Below are positions 1-12,192 of a DNA stretch of 64,000 nt, in pieces (positions within the stretch are counted from its first letter, which is position 1; each line of letters starts with the position of its first letter). The stretch lies in the NCBI RefSeq assembly GCF_963921235.1, contig NC_086106.1:103788001-103852000 (forward strand). The letters run 5' to 3'. The stretch is from Mobula hypostoma. Its lineage: Eukaryota. Under the pieces are notes generated by a model. It was not told where the DNA came from. It was given only the letters and a program-made list of their open reading frames with translations, and ran no database searches. Both the position numbers and the translations under genes were made by a program.

Positions 1-354
1 CTCTCCCCTGCAACATTTATCCCCAACTTATTACTGTGTGTGAATACACAGGCCAATGTGCCATTCACCTTGTGAATATGCCTTTAAGGGCGAATGGACC
101 TTTGCTTAATTTCACAAATTGGTGCAGGGAAACCAAGTAGGCAAAAGCACTATCAGCAGTAGATGTGCAGGGGTCAGGGTTTCAGACCTTTGGATCATTG
201 AGTTCTTTCTGGGGAAGGTACAAAGGGGATGGGCTTCACCTGAACCCAAAGGAGACCAATATCCTGATTCGGGTTTAATTTGGAGAAGGAAGTCTGAGAA
301 TTGGAGCAGGAGTGCGGCGGAAGCCATTTTGAATTTTTCATTTTTTCATGGGAG

Positions 355-3300
355 TTAAGAGAGGCGGGACTGCGAAGGCATGTGACGTCGGGCAGTGAAG
401 CGTGCAAGATTTAAAAGAAACACAGCCTTATACAGCGGGCAGCGTCGTTTATGGGCTGCAGTGTGCCGGGAGCAGAGTGAAGGCCTAAGGGCTTTGGCTC
501 TACGGGCTTAGGTGGAGACGGGTGAGGTGAAGAAAGTTTGGTTTTCAATTTTTCCTGTTATTTGAGGAAAGGGGGGAAGTATAAGTGTGAAGGTGTATAC
601 TCGGTGTCGGATGTGGGAGGTCTTGGAGTCTCCTGGCCTCCCGGACGTCCACATCTGCACCAGGTGCGCCAAGCTGCAGCTCCTAGGGGATCGTGTTAGG
701 GTACTGGAGCTGCAGCTTGATGACCTTCATCTAGTCAGGGAGAGTGAGGAGCTGATAGAGAGGAGTTACAGGCAGGTGGTCACACCAGGGCCACGGGAGG
801 CAGACAAGTAGGTCACAGTTAGGAGGGGGAATGGGAAGAGGCAGGTACTAGAGAGTACCCTGGTGGCTGTGCCCCTTGACAATAAGTACTCCTGGTTGAG
901 TACTGTTGGGGGGGACAGCTTACCCGGGGGAAGCGACAGTGGCTGTGCCTCCGGCACAGAGTCTGGCCCTGTAGCTCAGAAGGGTAGGGAAAGGAAGAGG
1001 AGGGCAGTAGTAATTCGGACTCAATAGTTAGGGGGTCAGATAGGCGATTCTGTGGATGTAGTCAGGAGACCCGGATGGTAGTTTGTCTCCCTGGTGCCAG
1101 GGTCCGGGATGTTTCTGATCGCATCCAAGATATCCTGAAGTGGGAGGGTGAGGAGCCAGAGGTCGTGGTACATATAGGTACCAATGACATAGGTAGGAAA
1201 AGGGAAGAGGTCCTGAAAGGAGAATATAGGGAGTTAGGAGGGAAGTTGAGAAGAAGGACCGCAAAGGTAGTAATCTCGGGATTACTGCCTGTGCCACATG
1301 ACAGTGAGAGTAGGAATGGAATGAGGTGGAGGATAAATACGTGGCTGAGGGATTGGAGCAGGGGTCAGAGATTCAAGTTTCTGGATCATTGGGACCTCTT
1401 TTGGTACAGGTGTGACCTGTATAAAAAGGACGGGTTGTACTTGAATCCTGGGGGGACCAATATCCTGGCGGAGAGATTTGCAAAGTCTACTGGGGAGACT
1501 TTAAACTAGGATGGCTGGGGGGGTGGAAATCAAATTGAAGAGACTAGGAGAGAAGAGGTTTGTTCACAAATAGAGAAAGCTAGTAGACAGTGTGTGAGGG
1601 AGGATAGGCAGCGGACAGAGAACGGGAGCACTCAGACCGAAGATGTAGGGGAGAAGGAAGAAAAAGATAACAAAGTTGTTTGCACCATTAGGGATAAACA
1701 GAGAGTAAGAGGTGTACCTCTGGTGGTAAAAACGGTAAATCAAATCAAATCTTTAGAAGGAGGTGACATAGGATCAGAAAATGTAGGATCCTTATAGGTA
1801 AAGTTAAAAAACTGCAAGGATAAGAAGACCCTGATATGAGTTATTTATAGGCATCCAAACAGTAGCCAGGGTGTGTTTTACAAATTATAGCAAGAGAGAT
1901 AAAAAAACATGTCAAAAAGGCAATATTATGTTAGTAATTGGAAATCTCAATATGTAGATGATTGGGGAAATCAAGACGATGCTGGATCCCAAGAGAGAGA
2001 ATTTGTGGAATAGTTCTGAATTGGCATTTTGGAGTAGCTTGTGGTTCAGACCACTAAGGCATCAGAAATTTCTGTTCTATAATCAACTGGATATGATTAG
2101 TTGCAAAATGTAAAGAGGCACTTAGGAAAAAAAGTGATCATAATATGATAGAATTCACTCTGCAATTTGAGAGGGAGAAACTAAAGTTAGATGTATCAAT
2201 ATTACAGTAGAGTTAATGGAATTACAGAGGCATGAGAGAGGAGCTGGCCAAAGTAGATTGGAGGGGGACACTAGCAAGGATAATGGCAGAGCTGCAATGG
2301 CTTGCGTTTCTGGGAGCAATTCAGAAATTGCAGAATAGAGACATCCCAAAGAAGAAGAAAGGTGGGATGACACAACTGTGCCTGACAAGAGAAGTCAAAG
2401 TCAACATAAAAACCAAAGAGATGGCATATAATAGAGCAAAAATTAGTGGGAAGTTAGAGAATTGGGACATTTTTAAAAACCAACAGAAGGAAAATAAAAA
2501 GCAATAAGAAGGCGAAAGATTAAATATGAAGGTAAGCTGGTCAACAATATCAAAAATAATACTAATTTTTTCAGATATTTAAAAAGCAAAAGAGAGGCCA
2601 GAGTAGATATTGGACCACTGGGAAATGAAGATGGAGATATAGTAACAGGGGACAAGAAAGTAGAAGATGAACTGATTAAGAATTTTGCATCTATCTTCAC
2701 TATGGAAGACACGAGTAGTATGCCGGAACTTTGAGAGTGTCAAGGGGCAGAAGTGAGTGTAGTTGCTTTTAGCAGGGAGATGGTGCTTGGGAAATGGAAA
2801 GGTCTAAAGGTAGGTAAATCACCTGGACCTGCTTGACTATACTCCCAAGTTTCTAAAAGAGGTAGGTGAAGAGATTATAGAGGCGTTAGTAATGAACTTT
2901 TAAGAATTAATAGATTCTGAATGGTTCTGGAAAAATTGCAAATGTCACTCCACTCTTCAAGAAGAGAGAGAGAGACAGAAGAAAGGAATTTATAGGCCAG
3001 TTATCCTGACCTCAGTGATTGGTAAGATGTTGGAGTTGATTGTTAAGGATGTTATTCCAGGTATTCAGAAGCACAACGCAAAATAGACCAGAGTCAGCAT
3101 GGTTTCCTTAAGGGAAAGTCTTACCTGACAAATCTGTTAGAATTCTTTGAAGAAATAACAAGCAGGATAGACAAAGGAGAATCGGTGGATGTGACATACT
3201 TGGATTGTCAAAAGGCCTTTGACAGGGTGCAGTGCAAAAAGCTGCTAAACAAGGTAAGAGCCCAGAGTATTACTGCAAAGATACTAGCTTGAATAGAACA

Positions 3301-3510
3301 TTGAGTGATTGGCAGATGGCAGAGAGTGGGAGTGGGATCATTTTCGGATTGGCTGCGAGAGATTTATGGTTTTCCACAGGTGTCCATGTTGGGACTGCTT
3401 CTTTTCACATTGTACGTCAATGATTTGGATGATGAAATTGATGGTTTTGTGGCCACATTTCCAGACAATATGCAGAAGTGGAGGGGCAGGTAATGTTGAG
3501 GAAGCAGAAG
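355..3510 (+). mobile_element. CR1-clade LINE: 5' region, ORF1 (zinc finger + SGNH esterase) and a degenerate ORF2 (EN/RT)
   Basis: ORF 587-811 has a Cys/His zinc-finger-like motif (RCRMWE...HICTRC). ORF 1075-1509 (VCLPGARVRDV...VVHIGTND...DGLYLN..G) is the CR1 ORF1 esterase. 1750-3500 holds frameshifted ORF2 motifs (QSQHGFLKGKSYLTNLLEFFEE, LFTLYVNDLD). Confidence 0.9.
1075..1509 (+). CDS. CR1 ORF1 SGNH/GDSL esterase domain (TE-encoded, partial)
   Basis: HIGTND block and DGLYLN (DGLHL-like) block in the translated ORF; upstream part of ORF1 is disrupted. Confidence 0.8.
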   Translation: MVVCLPGARVRDVSDRIQDILKWEGEEPEVVVHIGTNDIGRKREEVLKGEYRELGGKLRRRTAKVVISGLLPVPHDSESRNGMRWRINTWLRDWSRGQRFKFLDHWDLFWYRCDLYKKDGLYLNPGGTNILAERFAKSTGETLN

Positions 3511-3514
3511 GACC

Positions 3515-4314
3515 TAGATGAATTATACAGCTCTCATTACATGCACATGCAGTTCAACTCTTTGAGTGATTTATGCAGAAAGTTTGAAGTTAATAACTCA
3601 TCTCCTTTTACCTTAGGCCACAAACTTATCAATCACCCCTGCTGTGGGCATTTTCTGGAGGTCCAAGGTCCGTATGCTCCACGACCGCTGGACTAAAGGC
3701 TGATTTATACTTGTGTGTCAACTTGACGCCGTAACCTACGCAAGTGGCCTACACGCGTTGTGAGCATTTACACTTATGCGTTGGTGTGTCTGCGTCACTC
3801 TGCAATTCGGGCTTGTCACGCATGCGCACACACCTGCCCATGCAAGGCTTCATGGTCATGGTAGTCTTCCACGGGGTAAAAAAGTTTAAAGCAAGCATCT
3901 TTTTTCGTAAAAGCTAAATGTGTCCTCCATAATTTCAGAGGTCTGTAAAGCTTTATAGAAAGCATTGCAGCCAGAGTTCCTTCCCTGCCCTTCAGTCGGC
4001 CAATGGGAAGCTATTGCAGCATAAGAGGAAGTACGATGCTCCCAGGCGAACCAATCACAGTTGTTGCGGTCTGCGTTGCCGCGACGCGCAGTTACATTTT
4101 GGGACAGGTGCGCATCAGGCTACGGCGTAGGGATCCACGTAGGCTGTGCGTAGGGTTCGTGGCGACACCGTACCTATGCGTCGAGTTGGCGCACAAGTAT
4201 AAATCAGCCCTAAGTGTGTAATGTAGGAGGGGACTATGTTGAAAAGTAAATGTGCTAGGTTTTCTAAAATTGACTCCTTCTACATTAGGCCACAAACTTA
4301 TCAATCACCCCTCG
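3515..4314 (+). mobile_element. Non-autonomous mariner-type element (left end missing), interrupted by a MITE
   Basis: Removing 3697-4213 rejoins RWTKCV..GGDYVEK, the typical mariner transposase C-terminus. Ends ...ttatcaatcacccctcg|TA at 4314-4316. A direct copy of this terminal sequence lies at ~3600-3640. Confidence 0.75.
3697..4210. mobile_element. PIF/Harbinger-type MITE
   Basis: Imperfect ~33-bp TIRs (aggctgatttatacttgtg... / ...cacaagtataaatcagccc) flanked by a TAA target duplication (3694-3696, 4211-4213). Confidence 0.85.
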
Positions 4315-4429
4315 TAAGTTCTTGATTAGTCAGGGTGTGAAAGGTTACAGAAAGAAATCAGGAGAATGGGGTTGAGAAGTAAATAGATCAGCCATAATGA
4401 AATGGTAGAGAAGACTCGATGGGTTAAAA

Positions 4430-4772
4430 GAGGATGCTGTCCAAGTTGAATGCCATCTTGGTCAATGTCTCCCATCCACTACATAATGTACTGGGTGGGC
4501 ACAGGAGTACATTCAGCCAGAGACTCATTCCACCGAGATGCAGCACAGAGCGTCATAGGAAGATATTCCTGCCTGTGGCCATCTAACTTCACAACTCCTC
4601 CCTTGGAGGGTCAGACACCTGGACTTAATTCATATAATTTACTGGCATAATTTACATATTGCTATTTAACTATTTATGGTTCTATTACTATTTATTATTT
4701 ATGGTGCAACTGTAACAAAAACCAATTTCCTCCGGGATCAATAAAGTATGACTATCACTATGACTATGACTA
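4430..4772 (+). mobile_element. Rex1/Babar LINE 3' fragment with (ATGACT)n tail
   Basis: Translates RMLSKLNAILVNVSHPLH...RCSTERHRK.FLPVAI; ends in aataaagt followed by atgact repeats. Confidence 0.75.
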
Positions 4773-5864
4773 TTATGGTCTTATGCTCACTGTATCAAAG
4801 GAGGGTGAAATCTAAATTCTCATTGAGAAATTTTGAAGTAATAGATAGTTTTTATTATTTTTGTGTTATGAAATATACAACATTTTTGTGATAGCTGTGC
4901 CTTTTAAAGTTTTATTTTATAAAACTGAGAAGAGTTTGAGGTGAAAATACTGTAAATAGCTAAATTTGTAATCTAAAAAGTATATTACAGTAATGAAGGC
5001 CATGAACAGGCTTGAGTTACTGATTATCATTCCAGAGCATGCTATTAAACATTTAACTTAATATTAAAGGCTCCTTAATCTTTAAGCATGTGGAACTCAC
5101 TTAGCAGAGCTCCATAATATGACAGAGCTGAAATAGTTTCATAATAAAAAGTAGTAGAATAGACCCCAAAATGTAAATCTTATTTCCAAAGAAAATTGTA
5201 TGATAAGGAAACCTATTGAAAATGTGCCAAGTGCCTATATCCATTTGGGTTGTATACTTGCAGTAATCGCTTCCATTTCCTTTTGAGTGGCTACTTGATT
5301 AACGTTCATGCAGCATGATGATGCGTGCCTTTAGTAAACGAGATTCACCCTCCAATTCCACCCATTATAATCAAGCACTACGGGAAGCTATTTGAACTCC
5401 CAATTTGGTATTCAAGAAAAGTCATTTAATGTCCTGATTTTTAAATTATTATTTTTGAAAACAGTTGATTAAAAAGTAATTGCCCTATGTTATTTTTTCA
5501 GACAAATATTTCCAAAACTATATTTTCAATTAATCCTGAATTTATATATTCTCTGTGTTTTTCGCAAGAAAATTTATGTGATGGAATAGTCAGAAAGACA
5601 AATAAGCTAACAGAACAAAATGTCTTCTCAGGAGTTCAGCCAAACAGAACAAATGACTGTTAAACATGTTCTGAGCCTGGATTTTGCAAGGAAACATAAG
5701 CAATGCTACACTGAATCTTGCTGTACACCTGGACTAGCCATAACGCCCCATTAAGTTTTCTCAATAAGCTCTGACTTTATATTTGGATTTGGAATTTCAT
5801 TATTATCCTTACATGTACCAAGGTACAGTGAAACATTTGTCTTGCATACTGTTCATACAGATAA

Positions 5865-6515
5865 GAATCAGGTTTATTATCACCAGTATGTGTTATGAAG
5901 TTTGTTAACTTAGCAGCAGTTCAATGCAATACATGATCATTTAGAATGAAAAAATCAAATAAGAAAATCAATTACCGTTAAGTATGTATATGTATATTAA
6001 ATAGATTAAAAATACAGCAAAACAGAAATTATATATATAAAGTGAGGTGGTGTTCATGGGTTCAATGTCCATTTACGAATCAGATGGCAGAGGAGAAGAA
6101 ACTGTTCCTGAATCCTTGAGTGTGTGTCTTCAGGCTTCTGTACCTCCTTTTTGACGATAACAATGAGAAGAGGTGAAGGGACATAAAGGACTCCACCTTT
6201 CTAAGGCACCGCTTCTTGAAGATGTCTTGAATGTGACAGAGGTTAGTACCCAAGATGGAGCTGACTAATTTTACTCTCTGTAGCTTCGTCCGGTCCTGTG
6301 CAGTAGCCCTCCACACCAGTCACTGATGCAGCCTCTCAGAATGCTCTCCACAGTACATCTATAGAAGTTTTTGAATATTTTCGGTGACAAACCAAATCTC
6401 TTCGAACTCCTAATGAAATATGGCTGCGGTCTTGCCTCTTTGATAGCTGCATCAATATGTTGGGACCAGGTTAGGTCCTTCGGGATCATGACACCCAGGA
6501 ACTTGAAATTCATTA
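5865..6515 (-). mobile_element. Rex1/Babar LINE 3' fragment
   Basis: ORFs 6271-6543 and 6080-6316: FKFLGV..DLTWSQHID, FYRCTVESIL, RRYRSLKTHTQGFRNSFF. Confidence 0.85.
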
Positions 6516-7213
6516 CGTTGTGCATTGAGGTAATGCATGGCAAAACAATATCAAAAAGAGCAGAATAAAGTGTAATAGCTACAGAGAAAGTACAGTCAGG
6601 TAGACATTAAGGTGCAAGGTCATAATGAGGTGGACGGTAAGACCAAGAATCCCATCTTATTGTACTAGGAACTAATGAATAGTCTTATTACAGTGGCACA
6701 GAAACTATCCTTGAGCCTGGTGGTATGTGCTTTCATGCATTTTTATCTTCTGCCCAGTGGGAGAGAAGTAAAGAGAGGAGATCTGGGGTGAGTGGGATCT
6801 TTGATAATGCTGGCTGCTTTACTGAGGCAGCTTGATAAGGTTCTGGTTATTCCCCACCATTTATAGCATTAAACAGGCATGAACATTCTGCACCAGATAA
6901 AATGAAGGAAGTCCATCCCTACTGATTTCAATAGACAAGAATAACTGCAAAAATATAAAGTAAATATTAGTATTTTTGATTAGTTTTTGAATTTATTTAA
7001 ATCTTTTGTACTGCTTAATCTTTTTAATGAAATCAATACTTACATTATTCTGAGTAGATTTTAATATTTTTTAAATGGTTCAATGTCACACAATAGCCAG
7101 AATATTTTAACTTCAACACCCATTTCAGCTATTTTCTGGGCAAGTCTTATACTACCTTCCTTCCACACCATTAAACCCACATCTTCATTTTAACCTTCCT
7201 CTGTAATTGCAGG

Positions 7214-7517
7214 TGGCCAAGTGGTTAAGGCATTGGACTAGTTACCTGAAGGTCGTGAGTTCGAGCCCCAGCCAAGGGAACGTGTTGTGTCCTTGAGCAA
7301 GGCGCTTAATCACATATTGCTCTGCGGCGATACTGGTGCCAAGCTGTATGGGTCCTAATGCCCTTCCCTTGGACAACGTTGGTGTCGTGGAGAGGGGAGA
7401 CTTGCAGCATGGGCAACTGCTGGTCTTCCATACAACTGTGCCCAGGCCTGTGCCTTGAAGAGTGAAGACTTTCCAGGCACAGATCCATGGTCTCACAAGA
7501 CTAACGGATGCCTCTAA
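7214..7517 (+). mobile_element. tRNA-derived SINE with TSD
   Basis: Pol III A-box (tggccaagtgg) and B-box (gttcgagccc); body gtgtccttgagcaagg; flanked by duplicated TAATTGCAGG (7204-7213, 7518-7527). Confidence 0.75.
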
Positions 7518-7729
7518 TAATTGCAGGGAAGTTTTCGCCTGTGTTTTGGCTAACATTAATCCCTCAGTCAATATTGTAAAGTACTTTATCAAGTTACTAG
7601 GCCTAAGTTTCAGTACATCAGTGAACCATCCATTTCTGATTGAGATTATTATTCCTTGCCTGTTTGTGAATAAGTACATGCTGAGTTCTAGCAGATTTCA
7701 CAATTTTCTTTCAAATTACCTTGAAGCAT

Positions 7730-8335
7730 TGAAGTACAGAGGGACCTTGAAATCTTAGTTCATAGCTCCGTGAAAATAACTGCACAAGGTGGATAGGACA
7801 GTGAAGAAGGCAGTTGGCTTTGTTGCCTACGGAAGCAACATCCATCCACTAACCCATGGCTTCACAACACCACCGCCACTATTTCATCATTTTCTGGTCA
7901 GAGTCAACTTATGTTCAGACACTCTGTGCTTAGCATCACTTTATAGATATATAATCAATCTATGTATAAAAGCTATCACATTTATATTTATTGTGTTTCA
8001 TTTATTATTGGGTTCATTATCTTACTGTGTTACATCGGAACCAAAGTAACAACTATTTCATTCCCCTTTTCACTTGTGCACTGGAAACAACATGAAACAA
8101 TGTTGAATCATGAATTTATAAAAGTTGGGACATCATGTTACAGCAGTACATGACATTGGTTAGGTCCTTCTTGGAATATCATACTCAGTTCATCACACTG
8201 AAAAAATGTGCAGAAGAGGTTCATCAGGATGTTGTCTGGAGCTGTGGGTTTTAGCTACAAAAGGAGATTGTATTTTCTGGGGCTGATCTCACTGGAGCAC
8301 ATGAAGCTAATGGGTAAAAAAATGTTTATTAAATT
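7730..8335 (+). mobile_element. Degenerate CR1 ORF2 3' fragment with an inserted Rex-type 3' tail
   Basis: LVRS.LEY and QKRFIRML motifs; ~7850-8110 resembles the Rex 3' UTR found at ~32350-32620. Confidence 0.6.
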
Positions 8336-8336
8336 A

Positions 8337-8432
8337 ATACACACAAAATGCTGGAGGAATTCAGCAGGCCAGGCAGCATCTATGGAAGAAAGTACAGTCT
8401 ACCTTTCTGGCCAAGACCCTTCAGCAGGATTT
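8337..8432 (-). mobile_element. Short Penelope pseudo-LTR fragment with a degenerate hammerhead core
   Basis: Matches the 3' end of the Penelope at 54826-57045; flanked by near-duplicated tgtttat(t/a)aaatta. Confidence 0.7.
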
Positions 8433-9205
8433 TCTCTTGTTTATAAAATTATGTATTTTCCCTTTGCTTGTACCAGACTATGCAAAATTGACTGCTGTAA
8501 TACTTATATCATATCAAGTGTAGCCCCCCGGCCAACCTCAGGGTCGCTCAGCTCGCTGTCGTCTAGGGAAACAGCCCTCGGTCCTGCCAAACTGGGTAAT
8601 TAGTTTGTGTGGATGCTGTGTGATGTACCCCACCCCGCCCAATTAACAGACAGTACACCAGATACGATTAAATGATTTACAGTTTATAGACATTACTGGA
8701 ACTATATAATCAATAGAGATTAAAATATAAAAGGAAAATAAAAGGTGCCACACTTAACAAAGTTCAATCTCTTCGTGCACAAACAGTTGGAGCTCAGGAC
8801 CCTTCTTCTTTACCCTGCGACCCCTTGGACCACATTGACTGGCCACCTGGGACCAACAACGGTGGTCGACCGGACGCTCCACACGAGTCCGTCTCCGTCT
8901 CCCCGCTGAACGCCCTCCTCAGGGTCCGACCCCGTTAGCAGACATCACAGCACCTGGTCCCATCCTCTGTCTCTCTCTCCCGCCTTCTGCCTCAAAACCC
9001 CGCGCATACAGTATCTTCAAATACACCAAAAACATAACAACTATCCCAATTGGTTCATAACATATTCTTATCACACTCCTAACCCAAAACAAGCTGCTAG
9101 CGCAAAAACTTTCTCAGCGTTTAACATAACAAAGAAGCATTCCCAAGTATAACATAACAAAGAAGCCATTTTAATTAGCCTACGCAGTAACATAAGAGGC
9201 GAAAC

Positions 9206-9403
9206 TGGCCCTTGTGGCTAAAGGGATCAGGGGGTATGGAGGGAAGGCTGGTTTGTGACTAAAGGGATCAGAGGGTATGGAGGGAAGGCTGGTACAGGAT
9301 TCTGAGTTGGATGATCAGCCATGATCATACTGAACGGCGGTGCAGGCTCGAAGGGCTGAACAGCCTACTCCTGCACCTATTTTCTATGTTTCTATGTTTC
9401 TAT
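9206..9403 (+). mobile_element. Young CR1 3' end inserted in the LTR
   Basis: CR1 3' UTR with (TTTCTATG)n tail, GAAAC on both sides and a ~40-bp tandem duplication at its 5' end; absent from the solo LTR at 51532-52221. Confidence 0.85.
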
Positions 9404-9919
9404 GAAACCCCCTTACACTCTCCCCCCACCAACTAAAGTCATGTCCTCATGACTTCTAAATAACTCGCCACCCAGTCCTACAGACACACAACACACACAT
9501 ACACAGATACACACAGTGACAGTTCTCCCCAAACAGTGGACCTTACTCCCGTCCCACGGGCGCTACATAGGCCAACCTATCTGGGAGCTTCTTAACTCAC
9601 CGAGTCCTCCGTACCGCCTCACCTAAACCCAAAAGGCTCAGACACTACTAGGGATACCTCGGGCCTGCTTGCCAACTCCTCTCTCACTCAGGCCACCATT
9701 ACAGCTCGGAGCCCCCTGTCCCGTGTCTGGGGCCCCGCTTCTCTTCCTTCCTGATCCTGCTGTAACTCAGACTGCCCACAGCTAGCCCTCCCCACTACAC
9801 CTGACCCAGTGGGAGAAGGGCCAAAGGTCTCTCCCTCAATCACGGGGAAGTTAGCGAAAGGCAGCATGTACCACATGTGCAGCACATCATCCTTCGAATC
9901 TGTATTCTTCCTCATTCCC

Positions 9920-10745
9920 TCGATCGGTAGCTGCTGTATAAGTTACTCCAAACTGAAACATTTAGCCGGGGACCCCTTCAGCCTCCTGCAGTCGAGACGT
10001 CAGCTTCTTCGGGGACTCATTCAACTCTCGCCACAGCCTCAGCAGCTCTGACTCAGAGTTCTTGGCCATCTCAATCTGGGACGCAGTTACCCCACCAGCT
10101 TCTTCCTCCCTGACCTGAAAAGCAGCAGTTAAAGAATGTTCAGCCTCCGGTTGTTTCTTCCTGAGGGCGTCTTCCAGGTCAACTTCCAGTTTTTCCACTT
10201 CATTTGAACTCGCGATAGTCATCTTCAGGTTCCTTTCAAGCGTCCGCCTCCCTTTTCCGAGATCTGTCCTCCATTTCTTCACCTCCTCGGGAGTGTAGTC
10301 AAACTCCCCTCTCTGGGCTCTCGGTTTTCTGTTGGCCTTAATCAGAACTCTTCCTTGATCTTCCCCAACTTGTAAGTCTTCCAATCTTTTCTGAATCGAC
10401 GTCTTGAGTTTCTGCTGATCCCTTCAAAGGTGGGTCATTGTTTCTTCTCGCTGGATTAATTCATCAATACATGACCACAGTGCCAGCTCGGAATTCCATT
10501 GCTCCTTCTCCATGTTGCCGAGCGTGAATTCCAAGTCTACAATGGTCGTCCCACAAGTGCATCACGCAGTCTCCGGCCGACATTTCTGAGCACTCAGTTC
10601 AGCGGTGCAAATCCCCTCTCTCCCCTGTGTCTCATTCAGATTGACGACCTGGGTTTCCATCCCCAGGTCCACCACCATCTGTTCCAACACCAGGAATTTC
10701 AACTGATATGTCAGGTCATCTTTCTCACATTGCACCAAACTCCTC
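9920..10745 (-). pseudogene. Myosin heavy chain (class II) rod fragment, intronless, embedded in the Gypsy pol frame
   Basis: Reads EKDDLTYQL...TAELSAQKCRPE...IVDLEFTLGNMEKE...QKRLEDLQVGEDQ..LIKAN...EEVKKWRTDLGKGRRTLERNLKMTI...GGVTASQIEMAKNSESELLRLWRELNES..KKLTSRLQEAE..AKCFSLE. This parallels the myosin II rod motifs EKNDL, AELTAKKRKLE, DLELTLAKVEKE, LDDLQAEED, LEGDLK, GGATSAQIEMNKKRE, KKLAQRLQEAE, AKCSSLEK. Confidence 0.8.
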
Positions 10746-12097
10746 TGGCCAAAAACTCCTCCACATGTGACACTTCGCTTCTGTCGCCTGGGCTCAGCCA
10801 CTCGCCTCGCTTCATAGACCCCCCAGGCAAATCCAAGCTCTAGGCGGTCATCCACATATGCCAAAACTCCACACACCTTCACCTCTCCCATGGTCTTCCT
10901 CTTGCCCCGCGGGGAGGATGCAGGGGCTCCGGATATGCCCTTGGACATCTTTTCGGATCGGAAGAATCCTAGGGAACTAATAACGGCCATCTTTGGCTCG
11001 ACAGCTGCACCCCTCAGGATCTGGCAACATCCACTCCTCAGATCCAGCACGTTAAATGACGTCACATAATCCACACACACGCTGCCTCCATCTTCCACGG
11101 TGCCAGGGTCCAGTTGCCGCGACTTCTCTCTCACTGAGGTGTCTTCAGCGGTCAACTCCTCTCCCTCGTGGTAGTTCGGAGCATCTACTAAGAGGGTCTG
11201 ACCCTCAGCTACTTTCCCCAGGCCGTACCACCACTGGGTCTCGCTTAAATTCGGTCCCGGATCAAGGCTGCTACACACGTCCTCAGAAGCAACTCAACAC
11301 GCTGGGTGCCCAGACAATGCCCCCATGAACTCCAGGGTCATTAACCAATCATCATCTTCTGGATAACTACTGGCACTGGTACCCAAAATCTCTGGTGTCC
11401 TTATGGTTGTCAAGGGTAAATGCTTTTAAAAGGACTTTGTTGACTTCAAAGCACTTTAGAACATTCAGAGGTTGAGAAAGGTGTCTTACAGTAATGCTGT
11501 GATTTCCTCATCACTACAGCAATATATACACATTATATCATGTTATACCTTGGAGTAAGCTTTTGCTCATACTCTCTAAATCACAGATAATTGTTCTATG
11601 CTAGCAATAACATTTTACAAGGGAAATGTTTTACACTGTAAGTTGCATCTTATTTATTTTCATAATGAAAATAAACAAATGAAGAGGAGACCTAAAATAC
11701 AGTGGTTGTTTCTTACACTACCTGTGTCCTCTGCTTTCTGTGGTTCCTGAGAAACATTGTACATCGTAATTCGAGCCTTACAATCCAGGTGGATATTTGT
11801 GGTTTGTAAATAGATAAAAGGCTCAAAATGTACTTCTCTTGCAAGTACAATACGACAATAACCTGGCAGCAAAGATGAAGGTAAAATAAAACTCTATAGA
11901 TTTGAATTGAAGACAAAGAGATCATGTTTGCAAACATTTTTGTTCTGTTATTATCATTAATCAATTTTATTGTAAATGGATGAACTACCTTACAAAAGGC
12001 ATGTCACAGCTGCATGTTAAGTTCATCTATCAATAGCAAGCTTAATACTGCAAGATAGTTTCATTCTTGAAAAAGGAAATGAACACAAATAACAGAA

Positions 12098-12192
12098 CAA
12101 CGCACATCAAAGTTGCTGGTGAACGCAGCAGGCCAGGCAGCACCTCTAGGAAGAGGTACAGTCGACGTTTCAGGCCGAGACCCTTCGTCAGG
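12098..12192 (-). mobile_element. 95-bp Penelope-derived insertion with an intact minimal hammerhead and TSD
   Basis: TSD ACAAATAACAGAA (12085-12097, 12193-12205). The reverse complement reads gtc CTGACGA agggtctcggcct GAAA c GTC gac. Confidence 0.85.

Larger units (their letters stand above)
8519..11350 (-). mobile_element. Gypsy LTR retrotransposon, 5'-truncated and internally deleted (3' LTR 8519-9417, PPT, pol remnants, myosin-like insert)
   Basis: LTR ends TGTA...TACA. Polypurine tract (rc of ctctccccccacc) abuts it at 9418. RT motifs VLDLRSG..QI and YVDD in ORF 10562-11278; integrase-tail motif RRTR.VKKLPDRLAYVAP at ~9560-9620. Confidence 0.88.

Noticed and set aside
5315-5437. Possible C/D-box snoRNA (ATGATGA ... 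CTGA)
   Set aside because: No terminal stem or recognisable guide; such short boxes occur by chance.
7212-7275. tRNA gene
   Set aside because: Only A/B boxes; no closing acceptor stem, and it continues into a SINE body with a TSD.
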